A stretch of DNA of 64,000 bases, from the NCBI GenBank assembly GCA_965261545.1, contig CBDHDF010000002.1:608001-672000 (forward strand), given 5' to 3'. The stretch comes from Bdellovibrionales bacterium (GTDB lineage Bacteria > Bdellovibrionota > Bdellovibrionia > Bdellovibrionales > UBA1609). The translations under genes were made by a program, and so were the position numbers. Position 1 is the stretch's first letter. Each line of letters starts with the position of its first letter. A model generated the notes under the pieces. The model was given only the letters and a program-made list of their open reading frames with translations. It searched no databases and had not been told where the DNA came from. Positions 31,598-41,673 of this stretch are shown in pieces.

Positions 31598-31616
31598 AGA
31601 TGGGCTCACCCTACAT

Positions 31617-32090
31617 TTAATTTTTTATCTTGACAAGTCGGTTTGAAGCTTCCTTCAATCGGTAGCTTTTTCCCTCAAATTTTAATAGTTGGCTGCAGTG
31701 GAGAAGGCGATCCAGGATGGCAGAGGCCACGGTATTATCGCCCAAACACTTTCCCCAGTCCTCAATAATGCGATTGGAGGTAATAAGAGTGCTTTTTCTC
31801 GCTGAGTATCGATCCAGAATGATTTCCTGGAAGTCATCGCAAGCCTCTGGCGGAATGCGCTTTCTAAGAAAAAGATCATCAATGATCAATAGGTCCACAT
31901 GGATGAGTTGGGTGTAGAACCTCTTTCTGCGCCCCAGCTGCCTGGCCTCAAAGAGATTTTCAAAGAGCTTGTGAGCTTCCTGATACAAAACCTTGTAATT
32001 TGATATGGAACAGACCTTGGTGGCTATAGCTTTTGCAATGTGGCTTTTTCCAGTTCCAGGGGAGCCAATAAGCAAGGCTCCCTCCCCCTG
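31617..32090 (-). pseudogene. istB: istB remnant, 5' truncated
   Basis: GSPGTGKS, LLIIDD, ITSN, AILDRLLH, GKSYR; N-terminus replaced by the IS21 end at 32091. Confidence 0.9.
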
Positions 32091-33365
32091 TGTTAGGCGC
32101 CAATTAAAATTGGCCATTTTTAGAAGCCGTCGCCAATGAAAAACGGAAGGTAGCCTTTAAAAATCAGTCGATCTGGACAAGTTAAGGTTTCTGAGATTTC
32201 TTCCGAGTGTTTTGATATAAATTTTTCTATAGTCTCATGTCGGAACGCTCCTTCATGGGACTTTTTTTGTTTTTTTAACTGGACTTAGAGTTTAAGACTT
32301 TTCTCTTGGTTCTGGCTCCGCCAGGTTAGAGATATTACGCAAGAAATTGAGCACATATTTGTGAGCTTTGAAGGTCACTGAAAATAAGATTAAGATTGAG
32401 GAGCGATGGACTCATTCTTGCATATATCTGTTGTATGAAATATATGAAGTCAAGTGAGTGTGGAGCCAAGCCCGGATGGGGGCCAAGTGAAATCGATGAA
32501 TGGAGCCCGGAGGGGAGGAGGTTTTAATGTCAGATAGTGCTAAAAAAATAACCCCTGAAGTTGTGTGGGAGCTTATGGGAGAGTTGGCAAAATCTCAACA
32601 GGAGTTGGCAAAATCACAAGAAGAGACAGATCGCTATTTGAAAGAGGTATTCAAGGAGTCCGAACTTCAAAGGAAGGAGGCCGAACTTCAAAGGAATAAG
32701 GCGTCCAAGGAGTCCGAACTTCAAAGGAAGGAGGCTGAACTTCAGCGGAAAGAGACAAATCTCCAGCAAAAAGAGGTAGATCGTCGCTGGGAGGAGACGG
32801 GTCGTTATTTGAAAGAGATATCCAGAAAGGCAGATCTTCGGCAGGCCCGTTTGGAAAAAAGAATGAAAGAACTTAACAAATTGTTTACGGGACAATGGGG
32901 GAAGCTCATAGAAAGTCTTGTCAAAGGTGATCTGGTAAGGCTCCTCAATGAAAGGAATATACAGGTCATGGGACTTGCCCAAGAAAGCTTTCGCCGGCGA
33001 AACAACACAGATTATGAGATTGATATCATTGCCGTCAATGGGAGGGAGGTTGTGGCTGTGGAAGTGAAAACTACTTTAAAAAATCAGCACCTCGATCACT
33101 TTATAGAAAAGCTCAAAATATTTAGAGATATTTTTCCAGAGTACAAAGACAAGACGATTCATGGTGCCATTGCTTATTTAAGGGCTGATGAAGGGTCTCA
33201 TAACAAGGCTGAAAAAGAAGGTCTTTTTGTGATTCGAGCCACGGGCAATAGTGCGACTATTACAAATCAAAAAGAATTTTCTCCTCGGGTGTTCTAGCTC
33301 GGAGGGGCGGAAGCCCTCTCCACTTTTCATTGGCGACGGTGGGGCATTTTAATTGTCAGTTAACA
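32091..33365. mobile_element. Non-autonomous IS21-ended cassette with passenger gene
   Basis: 32091-32146 is the exact reverse complement of 2048-2103; 33324-33365 is a related end finishing TAACA; no transposase between; no TSD. Confidence 0.7.
32527..33297 (+). CDS. Coiled-coil plus PD-(D/E)XK nuclease-like protein (DUF3782-like)
   Basis: GGAGGAGG RBS; ELQRKE repeats; WGKLIE...EIDIIAVN...AVEVKTTL. Confidence 0.75.
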   Translation: MSDSAKKITPEVVWELMGELAKSQQELAKSQEETDRYLKEVFKESELQRKEAELQRNKASKESELQRKEAELQRKETNLQQKEVDRRWEETGRYLKEISRKADLRQARLEKRMKELNKLFTGQWGKLIESLVKGDLVRLLNERNIQVMGLAQESFRRRNNTDYEIDIIAVNGREVVAVEVKTTLKNQHLDHFIEKLKIFRDIFPEYKDKTIHGAIAYLRADEGSHNKAEKEGLFVIRATGNSATITNQKEFSPRVF

Positions 33366-33417
33366 ATTGAAATGGGAAAATAAAAAAGATAGAATTTCAA
33401 AAAAAGGAATAAAATCA

Positions 33418-34248
33418 ATGACTACAATAGAAGAAATTCTCCAGATCCATAACCAATGGCTTAAATCCTGCCAACTATCTGAGGCAAACCGTCAGGCTCT
33501 GTGGAAGTGGATTCGTATGAGATTTAATCACACTTCAAATCATATTGAAGGAAACACTCTCACCTATAATGAAACCCAACTACTTCTTATCCACGGTCGG
33601 GCTTCAGGGGGTCATAAACTCCGGGAATATGAAGAAATGAAAGCTCATAACGTGGCTTTTGACCACATGGTAAGACTTACTGGTGAAAAAAGAATTCTCA
33701 ATGAAGGGGATATTAGAGACCTTAATAAAATTTGCCTCAAGGAACCCTTTTATAAAATGGCCCAAACTCCTGGTGGTGGACCTACAAGAAAGAAAGTCAT
33801 CCCAGGAGAATACAAAACACAGCCTAATCATGTTCTTACGGAAACAGGGGAAATCTTTCAATTCGCTATCCCAGAAGAAACGCCGTCATTGATGGAAGAG
33901 CTTGTTCAATGGATGGGAAAATGGCTTGAACAGAGCTTGGAAGAACAACATAAGAACCTTGTTTCATTTTTAGCTGAACTTCATGAACGGTTTATTCTTA
34001 TTCATCCCTTTGATGATGGAAATGGGAGAGTTGTTCGTCTTTTGATGAGTTATATCCTTGTTCGACTGAATTTCCTTCCTATTATTGTCCATGATCGAAA
34101 AGAATATATTAAAGCTATACAATTTGCTGACGCTGGAGACAGAAAGCCTCTTGAGAAACTGTTTGCTTCAAGTATTGTTGTAATGCTTAGAAAGGGAATT
34201 CTTGCCAGAAAAAATAAAATTGATCTTAATGAACCCTTAGTGCCTTAG
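33418..34248 (+). CDS. Fic-family protein with N-terminal autoinhibitory motif
   Basis: HPFDDGNGRVVR catalytic motif; SNHIEGN inhibitory motif. Confidence 0.92.
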   Translation: MTTIEEILQIHNQWLKSCQLSEANRQALWKWIRMRFNHTSNHIEGNTLTYNETQLLLIHGRASGGHKLREYEEMKAHNVAFDHMVRLTGEKRILNEGDIRDLNKICLKEPFYKMAQTPGGGPTRKKVIPGEYKTQPNHVLTETGEIFQFAIPEETPSLMEELVQWMGKWLEQSLEEQHKNLVSFLAELHERFILIHPFDDGNGRVVRLLMSYILVRLNFLPIIVHDRKEYIKAIQFADAGDRKPLEKLFASSIVVMLRKGILARKNKIDLNEPLVP

Positions 34249-34674
34249 TGGAAGACAACTAAACTTTAAGTGAGTTCTGACTGAAAGTAAAATCTGACAG
34301 GGGGGAGAGGGAGTCGGGCCTCCTGCTATGGTAGCAGATGGGGGGAAGCAAGGCGCCCCCATGAATGTTACCTTTATTGTTGATAATAGATTGCTATCAT
34401 ATTTCATGAGAAGTAGGAGGTCCTTTTCATTTCTTTCAAAGTTTAGTTTCACAGGAGCTGAAAAGTCTCTCAAAAGAGAGGGGGTGGGTGGAGATGAATT
34501 TTGAATGGGGCCATTCGTGGGGTATTTAAATGTAAAGCTTTGTTGAAATTTCGTAAGGGTGAGAATATTTTGGGTTTCACCATTGGGGCCAAGGGGGAGA
34601 CTTTCTCTTTTTGCACTTATAAGCCCTACCTTCATGGGAGTGACATAGGGTTTCTTAGAGGAAGATTCTTTGGT

Positions 34675-34965
34675 TGGCCCGTCCAATTGTGGAAATATTC
34701 GTGCCCTACAATGGACTCAATGTTTTCGTAGTCTTGATCTGTAGCTGTTTGAGGGTCTGCCAGAATATACTTTGCATTAAAGATATTAAGTCCCTTGTTC
34801 TCCATAGCTCCTGCATTGAAATCATCCACAGCGACAATCATAAATCGATCGAGGTCGTACTCCAAGCCGTAGCGGTCTTCATCCCATTTCATGGATTTTT
34901 TGAGACTTGTCATGGCGTGGTGGCATTTGGAGGTTCGCCCTAGCTCAGTGTAAATGCGAAGGTCT
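34675..34965 (-). pseudogene. pepN: Internal fragment of aminopeptidase N (M1)
   Basis: [16 protein letters not shown]...[12 protein letters not shown]...HEYFHNWTG; similarity stops directly after the HEXXH motif. Confidence 0.85.
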
Positions 34966-35340
34966 ACTAGGGAACTCTTATGAAAGCTCATTTCTTCCTG
35001 CATAAGGGCTAGGGCTAAGGAAAAATCTGATTTTAGCTTCTCTTTGGATATCCCTGCTTTGTCCGCAAAGAGTTCATGAAGGGCTGCGGAGATAGAAAAG
35101 CCCCCGCCATGCCAATGAAGTGATTGAGAGAGCTTGGAAGAGCGGGCCACCGAGAGAGAGTCTTATTTGTACCCCAATGAGCACCCACAAATCCTCCAAA
35201 GGCGATGATGCCGTGGAGAAGATTGGGTGAAAAAAATCATTTTTTGTGAATTTCTCTTGGACAAATAGTGGCTTTTCAGTATGATTTGAGAGTAGTGACC
35301 GCGAAGGTCAATAACATCAATATACGGGGAGGAAGAATCC

Positions 35341-35880
35341 ATGGCGAAGAAAAAAACAGCTACAAAAAAGAAGTCAACAAAGAAGAAAGTAGAAAGAAAG
35401 TCGACAACGAGGAAAAAAGCAGCAAAGAAGTTGAGTCGAAAGGGAGCTTCTAAAAAGGCAATCACTGGAAAAAAAGCCACAAAGAAGAAGGCCACAAAGA
35501 AGAGCGTGACGGCTAAAAGAGGGACTAAAAAGAAAACAAAGGCAGGAGTGAAGGTCAAAAAAAGCACGACCACAGCAAAAAAGTCCAAGGCAAAGAAAGC
35601 CACAAAGGCCGCAAAAAAGACAAAGTTAAAAAGAAAGCCTAACCCCGCTTTTATGAAACCCTGGACCCCTAGTGAAGAACTTGCCGCTGTGGTGGGCCCC
35701 AAGCCTTTACCTCGAACTGAGGTCATGAAGAAGGTATGGGAGTACATTAAAGAGCATGACCTCCAAGATAGTAAAAAGCGTCGCAATATCAATGCAGATG
35801 AAGTTTTAAGGCCTGTATTTGGTAAAAAGACCATCGACATGTTTGAATTGGCAGGACTTCTTGGCAAGCACCTAAGTTAG
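35341..35880 (+). CDS. SWIB/MDM2-domain protein with long Lys/Ala/Thr-rich N-terminal tail
   Basis: NPAFMKP..PSEELAAVVG..RTEVMKKVWEYIKEHDLQD...INAD...MFE; ~95-aa basic tail. Confidence 0.9.
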   Translation: MAKKKTATKKKSTKKKVERKSTTRKKAAKKLSRKGASKKAITGKKATKKKATKKSVTAKRGTKKKTKAGVKVKKSTTTAKKSKAKKATKAAKKTKLKRKPNPAFMKPWTPSEELAAVVGPKPLPRTEVMKKVWEYIKEHDLQDSKKRRNINADEVLRPVFGKKTIDMFELAGLLGKHLS

Positions 35881-36058
35881 GTTCTGTTAGGAGTTGTTCG
35901 TTAGATAGATAGAGATGAGTGCCTCCGCCTTTGACCTGATTTTTGACTTGCTTTTAAGGGCTCGAAGGGTTTTGAGGGCCTTTGGACAAGTTGGGTCAGG
36001 CAACAAAGCGCCCCTTGGATGTTGCATTCAGGCCATAATCTTGCTAGCTTTGGTTCCT

Positions 36059-36814
36059 ATGACACCTCTTGCTGCCAATGAAATAAGTAAAATGGAAGGC
36101 TCTTGCCAACTTGCCGCAAGGACACTTGCCCATGTGGGCTCTTTCGTGAAAGAAGGCATGACCACCAATGAGTTGAACCAGATTGCCGACGATTTTATTC
36201 GGAGTCATGGTGCGATTCCCGCCCCATTAAACTATCATGGTTTTCCCAAGTCTATTTGTACCTCGATCAATGAGTGTGTGTGCCATGGAGTTCCCAGTGA
36301 AGCTTCTTTAAAAGAGGGTGATATTATCAATATTGATGTCACTTGTATTTTAGATGGTTTTTTCGGGGACACATCTTCTATGTTTTTTGTGGGTACAGTG
36401 ACAGAGCGGGCTAAGAGTCTTTCTGAATGTGCCTTGCAAGCGATGTGGGAGGGTATTGGTGCCCTTGGGCCTCAAGCGACGACAGGTGATGTTGGCTTTG
36501 CTGTGAACAAGTATGTGACAAGGCATGGTTTTTATGCCGTTCGAGATATTGGTGGTCACGGTATTGGAAAAGTCTTTCATGATGCTCCCTTTGTGCCCTC
36601 CCATGGCAAGAAGGGGCGTGGCCCCCAACTTAAACCTTGGTGCTGTTTGACAGTGGAGCCCATGGTCAATGAGGCCTCGGAGGACGTCATTGAGTTGAGT
36701 ATTCCTAACTCTACCATAAAATACTATGAAACCCGGGACAAAACTCTTTCAGCCCAATATGAACATACGATTATGATTACCGATTCAAGCTATGAGGTTT
36801 TAACACAACTATAG
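36059..36814 (+). CDS. map: Methionine aminopeptidase type I
   Basis: FPKSICTSINECVCHGVP, DIINIDVT, GDTS, GGHGIG, EPMVN, SAQYEHT. Confidence 0.95.
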   Translation: MTPLAANEISKMEGSCQLAARTLAHVGSFVKEGMTTNELNQIADDFIRSHGAIPAPLNYHGFPKSICTSINECVCHGVPSEASLKEGDIINIDVTCILDGFFGDTSSMFFVGTVTERAKSLSECALQAMWEGIGALGPQATTGDVGFAVNKYVTRHGFYAVRDIGGHGIGKVFHDAPFVPSHGKKGRGPQLKPWCCLTVEPMVNEASEDVIELSIPNSTIKYYETRDKTLSAQYEHTIMITDSSYEVLTQL

Positions 36815-36870
36815 TTCTTAAAAGTTCTTAAAAAAACTATCGTTTCTAAAGTGAAAAAGGAGTTAAGGAT

Positions 36871-38265
36871 ATGCAAGGCGTGGTTAATAGGACAGAGAAA
36901 TTCACCAAATCAAAGAAAGCATTGGTTCAGCCACTGCAAAGTGAAAATGATTTTAGGGTTTGTGATGAGGCCATGGAGGACCCCAAGAGGTTTCAAGAGC
37001 TCGCTCGCTGGGGGCGCGAGGAAATCCAAATTGCTGAAACTGAGATGCCTGGACTTATGGCTCTTCGAAAGGAATACAAAGACAAACAGCCCTTAAAGGG
37101 GACACGCATTTCAGGCTGCTTGCACATGACGATTCAAACAGCTGTGCTCATAGAAACACTCAGGGTTCTAGGGGCTGAAGTTCGGTGGAGTTCCTGTAAT
37201 ATCTACTCCACCCAAGACCATGCTGCGGTGGCTATGGCAGCGGCAAGAGTTCCTGTATTTGCATGGAAAGGTGAAACAGAGGAAGAATTTAATTGGTGTA
37301 TTGAGCAAACGATCACTGGGTGGGGGCCTACAGGCTACAACCTCATTTTGGATGATGGTGGTGATTTAACCAATATGATGCACGAAGAGCGTTTTGCAGC
37401 GGAGATGAAAAACATTGTTGGTCTCTCTGAGGAAACCACCACAGGGGTTCACAATCTTGTGAAGCTCCATAGGGAGGGGCGACTTAAGGTTCCATCCATC
37501 AATGTCAATGACTCTGTGACCAAATCTAAGTTTGATAATTTGTATGGGTGTCGTGAATCCTTAGCTGATGGTATCAAGCGAGCCACGGATGTGATGATCG
37601 CAGGAAAGGTGATTGTTATTGCAGGTTATGGGGATGTGGGTAAGGGCTGTGCTCACTCCATGCGTTCCTATGGGGCACGAGTGCTTATCACTGAAATTGA
37701 TCCTATCTGTGCCCTCCAAGCGGCCATGGAAGGCTTTGAGGTGCTCACCATGGATCAGGCTCTGCAACAGGCTGATATTTACGTCACAGCCACAGGTTGC
37801 TGTGATATTATTTCTGCGCCTCATTTTATGAAGATGAAAGCAGGTGCCATTGTTTGCAATATTGGCCACTTTGACATTGAAATTGACATGGCCTGGCTGA
37901 GTGCTCACACAAAGGTACGAGAGGTCAAGCCCCAGGTAGACCTCCATACCTTTAAAGATGGTCGTGAGATTATTGTCTTAGCCAAGGGGCGTTTAGTGAA
38001 CTTGGGTTGTGCTACGGGACATCCTAGTTTTGTCATGAGCCACTCTTTTACAAATCAAGTGATGGCTCAGATTGATCTTTGGACCCACAAAGAAAAGTAT
38101 CAAGATGTGGGGGTTTATGTCTTATCCAAGGAATTGGATGAAAAGGTGGCTTTTCTTCATCTGGAAAAGCTGGGGGTTCATCTCACCACTTTGTCTGATA
38201 AACAATCCCAGTACTTGGAAATTCCTAAATCGGGTCCCTTTAAGCCCGACCACTACAGGTACTAG
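36871..38265 (+). CDS. ahcY: Adenosylhomocysteinase
   Basis: [44 protein letters not shown]-terminal YRY. Confidence 0.97.
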   Translation: MQGVVNRTEKFTKSKKALVQPLQSENDFRVCDEAMEDPKRFQELARWGREEIQIAETEMPGLMALRKEYKDKQPLKGTRISGCLHMTIQTAVLIETLRVLGAEVRWSSCNIYSTQDHAAVAMAAARVPVFAWKGETEEEFNWCIEQTITGWGPTGYNLILDDGGDLTNMMHEERFAAEMKNIVGLSEETTTGVHNLVKLHREGRLKVPSINVNDSVTKSKFDNLYGCRESLADGIKRATDVMIAGKVIVIAGYGDVGKGCAHSMRSYGARVLITEIDPICALQAAMEGFEVLTMDQALQQADIYVTATGCCDIISAPHFMKMKAGAIVCNIGHFDIEIDMAWLSAHTKVREVKPQVDLHTFKDGREIIVLAKGRLVNLGCATGHPSFVMSHSFTNQVMAQIDLWTHKEKYQDVGVYVLSKELDEKVAFLHLEKLGVHLTTLSDKQSQYLEIPKSGPFKPDHYRY

Positions 38266-38392
38266 GAGAGATGAGGTGACTTCTTGTGCATTGTGTCTTG
38301 TTATCGATAATTTTGAGGTTATTCGTTAGGTTTTATGATACTCCTTTGCATTCAGTCACTGTGCAACTGCGTATGAGAGGTCTAGGTATTTT

Positions 38393-39022
38393 ATGAAAAA
38401 ACCAGGTAAAGTCGCTCGTTATAAGATTCAACGTCGTCTAGGAATGGAGCTTCCCGGTCTTGGGAAGCCTGGGGCTTTGGAGCGTCGCCCCTATCCTCCG
38501 GGTGAAAAGGGAAATCGTCGGCGTAAATATTCGGATTTTGCCCTCCACCTTGAGGAGAAGCAAAAAGTTCGTTTTCACTATGAGTTGAGGGAGGAGCAAC
38601 TTCGTCACTTTATCCGCCGGGCCAAGCATGGGCGTGGGGCTAATTGGGTTAGTAAGTTGGCGGGTCTTCTTGAGTGTCGTCTTGACAATGTGGTTTTTCG
38701 CCTGGGTTACGCTCCCAGTATTCGATCAGCTCGACAGCTTATTAGCCATGGTCACCTTCGTGTCAATGGTCAAAAGGTCAATATTTCATCTTTTATTTGT
38801 TCCGTGGGTGATAAGGTTTCCATAGCTTCTAAGGCCAAGGAAAATCAAATTGTTTTACAAGCTCAAAAGAGCCCTCGTTTAGAAATTCCAGACTTTCTTC
38901 GAAAAGAGGAGGATTCTGGAGAAGAAATGGGTATTCTCCAAAACACTCCTGGTACAGAGCATATTCCATTTGCCTTTGATGCTGGCTTGTTTACGGAATA
39001 TTATGCTGCGCGTAAGGTTTAG
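38393..39022 (+). CDS. rpsD: 30S ribosomal protein S4
   Basis: RPYPPG, LEEKQK, LECRLDNVVFRLG, ARQLISHGH..VNG. Confidence 0.93.
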   Translation: MKKPGKVARYKIQRRLGMELPGLGKPGALERRPYPPGEKGNRRRKYSDFALHLEEKQKVRFHYELREEQLRHFIRRAKHGRGANWVSKLAGLLECRLDNVVFRLGYAPSIRSARQLISHGHLRVNGQKVNISSFICSVGDKVSIASKAKENQIVLQAQKSPRLEIPDFLRKEEDSGEEMGILQNTPGTEHIPFAFDAGLFTEYYAARKV

Positions 39023-39335
39023 TGAGATAGACTCTTCTCACTTATAAAGAGATATTTTAAATATTCATGATTTTTTCTCGTGATAATGAACACTAGTCAT
39101 GGTGACCGACTAGGTCGCACATTTCTTTTGTGAAAGCAGTACCTCCTAAAATAATGCATCGCAGAAATCTCCCCCTGCTCATTGAAGCCTTTCAAAGTCC
39201 CAAAGACACTTGAGGCCTAAGAACTAGAAATGTATACTTAATGAAGATTAAAAAGGGGCATCAAAAGCAAAAAAGACTTCTCAGACCCCTTAAAAAAAGA
39301 GTGGCTTCATGCTTTAGGAGCAAAATATCAATTCA

Positions 39336-40976
39336 ATGTCAGCATCAACAGAAAATAAGCAAGAAGATAATGAAAGATACGGCCATGAATTATTTATTGG
39401 CCTTGTTGGGGCAACAGGTTCAGACTTAGCTTCTGTGGAATCCTATATTAAAGACATACTCTCCAATTTTGAATATAAAATGACAGGCATCAAATTTAGT
39501 AGTTTTTTTGAATCTGAAGAAAGTCTTATCAAAAAATTTTTAACTCAAAAGGATATTGAAATTGATAGAACGAACTCAACGAATTCTTTTAATAAAATTT
39601 ATTCTCAAATGGAAGCTGGCAATAAAATTCGATCTGGAACGCAGGATAATTCTATTTTGTCGGGATATGCTATCGGAGAAATTAATAGAAAAAGAATAAA
39701 AGAAGTAGATCAGAAAACCAAAACACATAAACCTATTATTTCTGAGTATAGCGCTTACCTCTTCAATTCTCTCAAACACCCTGATGAGTCTAAACTTTTG
39801 CAAAAGACTTACGGAGCTTCATATTATCAGATCAGCGTTTTTTCTTCTGAAAAACAAAGAGCTTCTTATTTACTTACAAAGAAGGGTATCCAAAAATTGT
39901 CTGATGTCTACAAATTGATAGAAAAGGACATCTCTGAAGATGATGATTTTGGCCAACAAACAAGAGACACTTTTCATTTATCCGATTTTTTTATAAAACA
40001 TGATCATGAAAATGAAGATGAAACAAGACGACAATTAGAAAGAATTTTTGATTTAATATTTGGACACCCCCATATAACTCCTACAATTGATGAGCATATG
40101 ATGTATATGGCCTATGCTTACTCCACGAGATCAGCAGATCTTTCACGCCAAGTAGGAGCCGTAATTGCAAATGAGTCTGGAGATATCTCAGGTCTCGGCT
40201 CCAATGATGTGCCAAGATATGGTGGTGGTCCATACTGGCCTTGCCCAAAGACAAATAATAACTTGGACTGGCGTGATTATAAAAAAGGTGAAGATGCCAA
40301 TCAGATAAATAAAAATAAAATGATAGTAGACGTAGTAAAAAATATAAAAAAGGAATTCAAAGAAATCATAGATGATATGGAACTTCATGAAGATGAGAAA
40401 AAGAAGCTTCTTGATCATTTTGAAGACAGTAGCCCAGAAGATGGTTCTCTCCTTGAAATAGGAAAGAAATACTTTAAAGGAACTGACTTCCTTGACATAA
40501 GTGAGTTTGGTCGAGCAACACATGCTGAAATGTCAGCTATTTTAAATTGCTCAAGAAATGGTGTTATCCCCAAAGGAAAGATATTATACTGCACAACTTT
40601 TCCCTGTCATAATTGTGCCAAACATATTGTCGATGCAGGAATTAAAAAAGTTTTCTTTGTTGAACCGTATCCAAAAAGCAAAGCTCAAGTTCTACATAAT
40701 GATGCTATTTCTTTTGAAGAGCATAAAGAAGGCAAAGTCATTTTTGATCACTTTATAGGGGTTGCTGCAAGGAAGTATCTGGATTTATTCTCATTAAAAT
40801 TAGGTATGGGAGAATCTCCACCAAGAAAAGATAAGAAAACAGGAAAAATAAATAAATTTGACAGAAAGACTTCTAACATTAAGGTGCATGGACATGTACA
40901 CAAATATTTAGAAGACGAAGAAAATGCTGTGGCATCTTTTAAAGAAATAATTGAAGAACTTAGGAAAAAGAAATGA
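39336..40976 (+). CDS. Anti-phage dCTP deaminase-like protein (P-loop kinase plus deoxycytidylate deaminase)
   Basis: ELFIGLVGATGS, NSLKHPDE, RSADLSRQVGA, HAEMSA, TTFPCHNCAKHI, EPYPKS. Confidence 0.88.
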   Translation: MSASTENKQEDNERYGHELFIGLVGATGSDLASVESYIKDILSNFEYKMTGIKFSSFFESEESLIKKFLTQKDIEIDRTNSTNSFNKIYSQMEAGNKIRSGTQDNSILSGYAIGEINRKRIKEVDQKTKTHKPIISEYSAYLFNSLKHPDESKLLQKTYGASYYQISVFSSEKQRASYLLTKKGIQKLSDVYKLIEKDISEDDDFGQQTRDTFHLSDFFIKHDHENEDETRRQLERIFDLIFGHPHITPTIDEHMMYMAYAYSTRSADLSRQVGAVIANESGDISGLGSNDVPRYGGGPYWPCPKTNNNLDWRDYKKGEDANQINKNKMIVDVVKNIKKEFKEIIDDMELHEDEKKKLLDHFEDSSPEDGSLLEIGKKYFKGTDFLDISEFGRATHAEMSAILNCSRNGVIPKGKILYCTTFPCHNCAKHIVDAGIKKVFFVEPYPKSKAQVLHNDAISFEEHKEGKVIFDHFIGVAARKYLDLFSLKLGMGESPPRKDKKTGKINKFDRKTSNIKVHGHVHKYLEDEENAVASFKEIIEELRKKK

Positions 40977-41413
40977 GTGAAGTAGATAAAATTAAATATG
41001 ATGACAATGATGATTTATTTTCTTTAGAGTCTCAAAGGAATAAAGCCAATGGCACCTTCACTACCCACAATGAAAAATTTAAGAAAAAAAATGTAGATAA
41101 CAATAAAGATTTCGAATCAGAAAATCTAGAAGATACTTCTCTTTCTTTTGAAGAAAATGTTCGTCGTGCCGTAGGAGAAGTCTCTAATTGGCCAGCTTGG
41201 AAGCTAAAACACATGCGATCATCCTTTTCTGAAAAAAGAGAATGGAAAATCAAGGGGAAAGACTATCAGTTAGAAAATACTCCCCTTTCTTTTGAAGAAA
41301 ATGTTCGTCGTGCCGTAGGAGAAGTCTCTAATTGGCCAGCTTGGAAGCTAAAACACATGCGATCATCCTTTTCTGAAAAAAGAGAATGGAAAATCAAGGG
41401 GAAAAAGTATTAA
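40973..41413 (+). CDS. Hypothetical protein with internal duplication
   Basis: ATGA overlap with the deaminase; 41141-41260 is identical to 41285-41404. Confidence 0.6.
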   Translation: MSEVDKIKYDDNDDLFSLESQRNKANGTFTTHNEKFKKKNVDNNKDFESENLEDTSLSFEENVRRAVGEVSNWPAWKLKHMRSSFSEKREWKIKGKDYQLENTPLSFEENVRRAVGEVSNWPAWKLKHMRSSFSEKREWKIKGKKY

Positions 41414-41673
41414 TTATAATTGATAAATTTATTCCATGAGCTATTGCGAGAACGAAATAATTGCCCTCACCCATCGACCACGAAAATAACTTCTGTAGAC
41501 ATTGTCTATTTCGATTTACCGGTTCAATGAGCCGTGGACTTGATTCATTCTGTCAGAAATTTCCATAGCCATAAAGGCAGGATAAGACTCTATGTGTCAT
41601 TCAAGGTCCAGAGGCCCAGTTCAGAGTCAAAGGATGCGAAGAAGAGAGGCCCAAGAGGCAGAGCCTCTCCCAC

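Noticed and set aside
35163..35867. 234-aa minus-strand hydrophobic ORF and similar antisense ORFs (e.g. 2827-3543, 58415-59188)
   Set aside because: Shadows of well-supported genes on the opposite strand.
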